Shown here one piece after another: positions 7,745 through 12,924 of a stretch of 12,924 nt of DNA. Location of the stretch: positions 1 through 12,924 of the forward strand of contig JBNKNM010000162.1 of assembly GCA_050293845.1 (NCBI GenBank). The letters run 5' to 3'. The notes under the pieces were generated by a model, which saw only the letters and a list, made by a program, of their open reading frames with translations, did not search any database and was not told the origin of the DNA. The position numbers were made by a program, and so were the translations under genes. Within the stretch, counting starts at the first letter, position 1. The number at the start of each line of letters is the position of its first letter. Origin of the DNA: Pseudobacteriovorax sp. (GTDB taxonomy: Bacteria; Bdellovibrionota_B; Oligoflexia; Oligoflexales; Oligoflexaceae).

Positions 7745-7776
7745 TGAATACTAACTAATGCCCCAAAGTTAGCATT
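7745..7776 (+). other. loxP-like dyad site, copy 2, inverted relative to copy 1
   Basis: TGAATACTAACT-AATGCCCC-AAAGTTAGCATT: same flanks as 6194..6225 with a different 8-nt centre. Confidence 0.6.
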
Positions 7777-7828
7777 CATTTTTACATACCATACATTATG
7801 AAATAAAATTAACAGGTTAGATCAAAAA

Positions 7829-8059
7829 ACAGATGATTTTTGTCTAAATATTTTAAACCAAGTAATAACCGCCACGCCTGGGATACGCGATGCCTATTTT
7901 TTGCACATTGTATCCTGGGACAATCTCTGCCCTTTACAAAAAAATACAACAACTATATAATTTATTTAAATAAATGAGTATTTTGCACCTGGGGGCACTT
8001 TTGAGATCTGGAAAAGAGCTAATACGGATTGCAGCTGAAATCCGCCACAGTAAAGAAAC
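7829..8059 (+). repeat. 231-bp inverted repeat, right copy (pairs with 4945..5175)
   Basis: Gap-free match to the left copy; paired coordinates sum to 13004. Confidence 0.95.
7933..7961 (+). promoter_or_regulatory. Sigma70-type promoter of copy B
   Basis: TTTACA (7933..7938), 17 nt, TATAAT (7956..7961). Confidence 0.75.
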
Positions 8060-8642
8060 TCAATCCGAACTCGGTCGACGCTACAATATTGATCGCCGCT
8101 GGATCTCGAGGCTTAAATTTCTTGCGAAAGCTGATCTAGAGACCCGTCAGATTCTTGCTCGAAAGTCCCAAACGACAATCAAGCGAATCATCGATACAGT
8201 CAGATCCAAGGCATTTGGACGAACACTCGCGACAAAGCTTGAAAAACTACGTCATGCTGTAAGGTCCATAAGTATATATAATATAGGGACGAAAAATGCA
8301 GCCAAGGTCGAGCGGGCACGCGAGGCATTGGCTAATGAAAAGTACGAGCATAGGCAACTAAAAGAAAAGTCAAAAATGCTTGAGCAACAGCATTCTAGCC
8401 TACAAGAAAAACTTTCCAAGCTACGTAAAGCTGCCGTTTACTACAAGACGAATTTTGAGAATGCTGTGCGTGGTGTGCGCAAGCAGACTGCCGAGTCTAA
8501 CCCTAACCTACTCCATGTCATCGATAGCCTTCGCAGTAAGTTTGGGGTGCGAGTATCGATTAACGATACTCGGGTGGAGTTTGATTGTATGAGTTTGTCG
8601 CTGAGAAATGACTTAATTGATAGGTTAACAGCGGCGGATTGA
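7974..8642 (+). CDS. ParB-like HTH + coiled coil + Spo0J-type C-terminal domain, no CTPase domain (copy B)
   Basis: Paralog of 4365..5030 with many synonymous and conservative changes, supporting a real gene. True start may be TTG 8001 after GGGGG (7991..7995). Confidence 0.8.
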   Translation: MSILHLGALLRSGKELIRIAAEIRHSKETQSELGRRYNIDRRWISRLKFLAKADLETRQILARKSQTTIKRIIDTVRSKAFGRTLATKLEKLRHAVRSISIYNIGTKNAAKVERAREALANEKYEHRQLKEKSKMLEQQHSSLQEKLSKLRKAAVYYKTNFENAVRGVRKQTAESNPNLLHVIDSLRSKFGVRVSINDTRVEFDCMSLSLRNDLIDRLTAAD

Positions 8643-8779
8643 TGAACACAATGTAGGATAATAATGAACTTTAGAAGTAAACTTGACTACCAAGTAAACA
8701 CTAACAAGGAACATATTGAGACAATTCCTTAGCTAGAAAGCCTATTAATGATTTGGAATATACAATTTGAAATGCCTAA

Positions 8780-8809
8780 GAAGAGGGGAGATTTCTGTAT
8801 CCCCTCTTC
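8780..8809. terminator. Hairpin between convergent genes, candidate terminator
   Basis: GAAGAGGGGA-N10-TCCCCTCTTC touching the stop codon of 8808..9623; U-tract is weak. Confidence 0.45.
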
Positions 8810-9623
8810 AATATTGATAGTTCAATTGATATATAGTTTTCCTATCAGGATTTTTTGATCGCTTAATAACCTTCTTAGTTTCCATTTTTTTAAGAGCTAC
8901 AGTTAGGTGAGAAGACGGAATACCAGTCCCCAATTCAAGCTCCCGGTTAGTCGCAACAAATGTGATCTGATTTTTTTGAATTTGAACTTTTAACAAATAT
9001 ACCAAGATACGCATTTCTGTCTTATTCAAATCATGTCCGCCCAAATAATCAAGCATGGACATAACATGTTTCTTACTTAACCTACTATTATAATGAATAT
9101 TTTCTGAGTCATTACCATTTCTTGGCACATTTTCCGTAGCTACGCTTTTCGTACTAAGATTTCTATAATTTGGTCCTTCGGAATCAAAGTTTTTTGTAGC
9201 TACGTCTTTAGCAGCTACTGATTCCGTAGCTACAGATTTCGTAGCAATACTTTTAGCACCTACTGATTCCGTAGGTACGTCTTCAGCATCTACAATTTTC
9301 GTAGCTACACTTTTAGCACCTACTGATTTCGTAGGTACATCTTTAGTATCTACAGTTTTCGTAGCTACACTTTTAGCACCTACTGATTCCGTAGGTACGT
9401 CTTCAGTATCTACAGTTTTCGTAGCTACACTTTTAGCACTTACTGTTTCTGCATCGGAAACTTTTCTTTCATCGAGTTGCTTTGATTTTTTCTTAGATGT
9501 AGTTTTTGACTTAGAACTTTTAAGTAGTTTATCTCCTTCTTTTAAAATACTCAGATTGTCATAGTTATTTTTAGACTTTTTATTCTTAGCTCTTTTTCCT
9601 AATATTTCAGTTATAGTTGCCAT
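8808..9623 (-). CDS. ParA-coupled protein: basic N-terminus, pentapeptide repeats, C-terminal winged helix
   Basis: Start overlaps the parA stop (TAATG). C-terminal LNKTEMRILVYLL...ATNRELELGTGIPSSHLTVALKKMETKKVIKR...TIYQL is a wHTH pattern. No ParB CTPase motif. Confidence 0.75.
   Translation of the reverse strand: MATITEILGKRAKNKKSKNNYDNLSILKEGDKLLKSSKSKTTSKKKSKQLDERKVSDAETVSAKSVATKTVDTEDVPTESVGAKSVATKTVDTKDVPTKSVGAKSVATKIVDAEDVPTESVGAKSIATKSVATESVAAKDVATKNFDSEGPNYRNLSTKSVATENVPRNGNDSENIHYNSRLSKKHVMSMLDYLGGHDLNKTEMRILVYLLKVQIQKNQITFVATNRELELGTGIPSSHLTVALKKMETKKVIKRSKNPDRKTIYQLNYQY
9196..9443. repeat. Intragenic array: 17 G(T/C)ANNTAC octamers at 15-bp period with a 60-bp higher-order repeat
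   Basis: Octamers at 9196, 9211, 9226 ... 9436 (GTAGCTAC, GCACCTAC, GTAGGTAC, GTATCTAC; the 9241 copy is degenerate), plus an in-phase GTAGCTAC at 9136. Confidence 0.95.
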
Positions 9624-10660
9624 TATCTACCTACAGCCTCCTCACCCAAATTGTTCACTACAGAAGATGATTTTGTTCTTTTTTTCGCTGATGCCCATTG
9701 ATCAATAACGAGAATTTTCTTAGTGATAGAATCCAATCCCTCTAGGGCAGTAAGTTTTTTTCTACTCATAGCCCAAATGCTCTTATTTTTCTTTATTGCA
9801 TCTGCCATAGGTTTTGATGTTGAGATTATTGACTCGAACACATCATCATTGTATTTGCTTTTTAGGTCAGCAATGAGTTCGTAGGCACTTGTGTGACTGG
9901 CGTTAAACTTATTTAGTATGACCAACTTTTGTGGTGAGTTTTTCCATTCTTTTTCAACTTGAGAAACATGATCATATGTAAGCTCAACACCAAATAGACC
10001 AAAGGTGTCAGGATCTGTTGGTATGATACAAGTATCCACATAACTATGTACAGCCATAGTAACTCTATTGAAATCACATGATAAATCAAAAAGTATTAGA
10101 TCATACTCATCTTCTAAATCCCCAAGTAGGGTGGGTATTATATTTCCGATATTAGAAGAATTTAGTTGCAGCAGTAGATCCAAGTTCGCAAGTTTAAGGT
10201 TAGCTGGTAATAAGTGAAGAAACGGAGTTAGCTCAACAATATAATCACTATAATCGATATCTTCACCATCTCTTTCTGCAGTATACAAATCCATAAAATT
10301 GCAAAAATCATCCTTTTTTGGATGTAAAGCTAATGACATCGTCAAATTTGCTTGCTTATCAAGATCTATTAACAATGTCTTGAATCCATAGGAACTTGCT
10401 CTAGTTCCCACACCATGTGCAATTGTCGTCTTCCCAGCTCCACCTTTTACTGTATGAATTGCCACCTTTTTCTTAACCCTGGGTATCTGACGCATATCAG
10501 TAATTTCTCTTACCTGTGCAGGGTAGATTCGATCGGATTTATTTGTTCCCTTTTTTTCAATTCCATTTTCGCGACAAAACTTATGCACCGCCTGAGCTGT
10601 AACTCCTAATACCTCACCTAGTTCTTGGGCAGTTAAAAAATAGTCAAAAAGCTCACTCAT
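9623..10660 (-). CDS. parA: Type Ia ParA ATPase with N-terminal HTH
   Basis: N-terminal LTAQELGEVLGVTAQAVHKF HTH, Walker A KGGAGKTT, IDLDKQANLT, YDLILFD; GGAG RBS. Confidence 0.92.
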   Translation of the reverse strand: MSELFDYFLTAQELGEVLGVTAQAVHKFCRENGIEKKGTNKSDRIYPAQVREITDMRQIPRVKKKVAIHTVKGGAGKTTIAHGVGTRASSYGFKTLLIDLDKQANLTMSLALHPKKDDFCNFMDLYTAERDGEDIDYSDYIVELTPFLHLLPANLKLANLDLLLQLNSSNIGNIIPTLLGDLEDEYDLILFDLSCDFNRVTMAVHSYVDTCIIPTDPDTFGLFGVELTYDHVSQVEKEWKNSPQKLVILNKFNASHTSAYELIADLKSKYNDDVFESIISTSKPMADAIKKNKSIWAMSRKKLTALEGLDSITKKILVIDQWASAKKRTKSSSVVNNLGEEAVGR

Positions 10661-10723
10661 TGGCGAATCTCCAAAGTATATAAAAAACGTATTACAACTA
10701 AATTTTAGAAAACAATTCTCATC

Positions 10724-10817
10724 ATTTCTACGAAAAACGTACCTACTTAAGTTGTATCTACGAAATATGTAGATACAACTTAAGTAGGTACGTTAACTGT
10801 AGGTACATAATCCGTAC
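10724..10817. repeat. Non-coding GTANNTAC array at 15-bp period containing a perfect 26-bp-arm palindrome
   Basis: GTACCTAC 10739, GTATCTAC 10754, GTAGATAC 10769, GTAGGTAC 10784, GTAGGTAC 10799, with in-phase half sites at 10724 and 10814. 10736..10761 is the exact reverse complement of 10769..10794. Confidence 0.92.
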
Positions 10818-10901
10818 ACTAATTACCAGTTAAACTATACAAAGATCTAAAATATCTTACCTAACTAGCATTAAGAATAGTAAAAGTAGTTGTTTTCGGA
10901 G

Positions 10902-10931
10902 TTGCAAAATATATATTGGATACTTTATAAT
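10902..10931 (+). promoter_or_regulatory. Sigma70-type promoter for the membrane protein / Rep-like operon
   Basis: TTGCAA-N18-TATAAT about 30 nt before the ATG. Confidence 0.6.
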
Positions 10932-10960
10932 TTATTCAATGTCTAAAATAGCGGAGTTCT

Positions 10961-11812
10961 ATGATGGAATTCAGACTGCAATACCTGGAATCAGACCCCA
11001 AAATAAAAGCCAGATTTAGATCAAGGAAGGCATATTGGCTTAAGAAGGGATTATCTGAAGAACAAGCTATATGCAGAGCTAATGAAGTCTTTGAAAAAGA
11101 TGATCCTTTATTTATGGAAGACGAACGAATAAAAGTTAATTTCTTTCATAGGAATAAGTACACCATTCTCAAATTGACTCTATATGCTTTGATTATCCCG
11201 GTAACCATTCAGGTAATACACTCTGCCCTTTCTAAAATGGGAATGCATCCTCAAATAATTTGGGGGTTATCATTCATACTTGCAATAGCCACTGATTATA
11301 TTGCTGTCGACCACATTTCTAATGTGAGAAGTCTTAAAAGAGGGATAGAACAAACTAATTTCGCAATTGCTCTCTTTATTATCTTCGCAAATTTAACAGG
11401 AGCGTATTGGCTACTCAAAAAAGAAGTAAAACTTGATCAGCTTTCTGTAATCTCTTCCAAACACACCGAAATGAAAAAAGAAGTAGATGCCAGACTAAAG
11501 ATCATGACCCAAACCAAAACAACATATCTTCTTAACAAGTGGCCTAATTCTAAAATCTCCAGAGAATCATGCGAATCAAGTAGAGTTCCAGAATGTGGGC
11601 CAATGTACGCCAAACAATCCCGCCCGCTAGAAGCAAAATACTTAACCTCCAAACAGCTCTACGAACATAAAAAAGCAGAGCTAGAAAAACTCCCGACACT
11701 ATTCCCCCAAACTCAAGCAAAAACCGAATTTTGGTGGCACTTCGGTTACTACGTATTTATTTGGTTGCTACTTGGCAGCGTAATTCGAATGGAAAAATTG
11801 TCTCAAGCTTAG
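10961..11812 (+). CDS. Membrane protein (3 TM + coiled coil + C-terminal TM); paralog of 1..770
   Basis: Three N-proximal hydrophobic segments, a coiled coil interrupted by SCESSRVPECGPMY, and C-terminal TM WWHFGYYVFIWLLLGSVI; GGAG RBS. Confidence 0.85.
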   Translation: MMEFRLQYLESDPKIKARFRSRKAYWLKKGLSEEQAICRANEVFEKDDPLFMEDERIKVNFFHRNKYTILKLTLYALIIPVTIQVIHSALSKMGMHPQIIWGLSFILAIATDYIAVDHISNVRSLKRGIEQTNFAIALFIIFANLTGAYWLLKKEVKLDQLSVISSKHTEMKKEVDARLKIMTQTKTTYLLNKWPNSKISRESCESSRVPECGPMYAKQSRPLEAKYLTSKQLYEHKKAELEKLPTLFPQTQAKTEFWWHFGYYVFIWLLLGSVIRMEKLSQA

Positions 11813-11831
11813 CCCCATATTGATCCAATTT

Positions 11832-12924
11832 ATGCAGGAAGCTGAAGTGGAAACTGAGAAGTCAAAAACAATTTTTACTAGCGTTGATATTCAAAAAGCT
11901 TTCATGCTTTTACGGACGCATACATGCATACCCGAGCTAGCTCTTTCAAGATTGCTGCTTATCTTTCTTCAGATGTCTTCGAATTTTCGAAAAGCCGGAG
12001 GTGGATATGACCTTGGGCAATTGTGGACCATATCCAACAATTATCTAGCACAGATCCTTGGATTCTCGGTTTCTAGTGCTAGCGGCACCAAAAACACATG
12101 GCATGGATTTAATTTAGTTACGCTCAACGGTGAAGACTTCGGTCTGATGTCATACGAAGATGATGGAACCATACATAAGCATGGTAGTCCCTATGCCCAC
12201 AAGGTCGCTCTATCAAAATCCCTATTAAATTTTTTTCGAAAAGTGAAAGCTGGTGAAAATATTACAGAAGAAGATTTTGACTTTTTTCTTCCCCATGAAA
12301 ATTACGCCCGCATGTGCTACCGGAAAAAGAAAAACAATGTCTCCAATGTTCGCCGCTGCATTATGCGTAAGCACGCTGAAGAAAATAATCTCCCCATTCC
12401 CGCCGAGATTGATTATCTCTCCAGCGTTGAGCGTAAAAAGCGACTCTATGCTCGACCCGATACATACCACATCAAAGTTCGAGAGATAAGGGCAAAACAA
12501 CCCACTCGTAAACAAAAACGACTGCTAAAATCCTGGAAGTCAGATTTCATCGAGTATTGGCATGTCTATGGATTTGATGAAGCATTAAAACGCATTAAAA
12601 AAAGGTTAAAAGAAGCAGGCTACGACCGCGAAGAGTATATCCTATCTCTGGTAAATATTATTCAAAAGCGAGGCCGGGGCAACGATGTTTTATTCGCCAT
12701 CAACTACATATTTAATAAGCTATATGTAGATATCATCGATGCCATTACCGGAAATATAGACGGTCCCATGGTTTCATTATCAAATTTTGTTTCGACATTG
12801 AAACTAGGAAACATCCCATCCGCCACCATCCAAAAATCTTTTGAGTATTGGAGTACAGGAGTTGGACTAACTAGGAATCAGATTCACGAGCTGAGTTCTA
12901 CTATTTCTCATCTTCTAAACAGCG
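11832..12924 (+). CDS. Long hypothetical protein, 3'-partial (at least 364 codons); possible replication initiator
   Basis: Not in the ORF track because there is no stop in the window. Manual translation MQEAEVETEKSKTIF...WTISNNYLAQILGFSVSSASGTKNTWHGFNLV...ELSSTISHLLNS is open to the edge, with a wHTH-like segment and a basic central region. GTG 11847 is an alternative start. The ORF is solid; the function is a guess. Confidence 0.7.
   Translation, partial: MQEAEVETEKSKTIFTSVDIQKAFMLLRTHTCIPELALSRLLLIFLQMSSNFRKAGGGYDLGQLWTISNNYLAQILGFSVSSASGTKNTWHGFNLVTLNGEDFGLMSYEDDGTIHKHGSPYAHKVALSKSLLNFFRKVKAGENITEEDFDFFLPHENYARMCYRKKKNNVSNVRRCIMRKHAEENNLPIPAEIDYLSSVERKKRLYARPDTYHIKVREIRAKQPTRKQKRLLKSWKSDFIEYWHVYGFDEALKRIKKRLKEAGYDREEYILSLVNIIQKRGRGNDVLFAINYIFNKLYVDIIDAITGNIDGPMVSLSNFVSTLKLGNIPSATIQKSFEYWSTGVGLTRNQIHELSSTISHLLNS

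Noticed and set aside
6194..7776. The dyad sites as canonical XerCD dif/pdif or integron attC sites
   Set aside because: No TTATGTTAAAT-like XerD arm and no attC-length hairpin with RYYYAAC/GTTRRRY ends; kept only as a generic tyrosine recombinase-like site.
4945..8059. A shufflon or phase-variation switch driven by a local recombinase
   Set aside because: Both local recombinases are truncated, and inversion would exchange nearly identical promoters and 5' ends, so neither protein would change.
4484..8592. Alternate-frame ORFs 4484..4669, 4867..5070, 6660..6872 and 8380..8592
   Set aside because: Overlap better-supported genes. The resemblance between 4484..4669 and 8380..8592 follows from the main-frame paralogy and their boundaries differ.
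9196..9443. Periodic repeats as a CRISPR array
   Set aside because: Period is 15/60 bp with no unique spacers, it lies in frame inside a CDS, and no cas genes are present.
10415..12515. ORFs 10415..10609, 11437..11652, 12225..12515 and 12253..12489
   Set aside because: Shadows of parA, the membrane gene and the long 11832+ ORF.

Overview
AT-rich plasmid-like backbone with an approximate mirror symmetry. Left arm (minus strand): KfrA-like protein, ParA, ParB with a 17-bp palindrome at both ends of the operon, and a 4-TM membrane protein running off the left edge; a divergent toxin-antitoxin-like pair sits beside kfrA. Right arm: a type Ia ParA coupled to a non-ParB winged-helix protein whose own coding sequence carries the same 15-bp-periodic GTANNTAC array found upstream of the operon, then a paralog of the membrane protein and a long putative Rep-like ORF running off the right edge. 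The arms are joined through two outward-facing paralogs of a ParB-like protein lacking the CTPase domain, sharing a 231-bp near-identical inverted repeat. The 2.6-kb core between them holds recombination debris (Tn3-family miniature element with a resolvase remnant, res-like site, truncated tyrosine recombinase) and two envelope-protein genes bracketed by an inverted pair of loxP-like sites. Best reading: two related replicons with different partition cassettes joined head to head. All family calls come from motif recognition by eye, not database searches.
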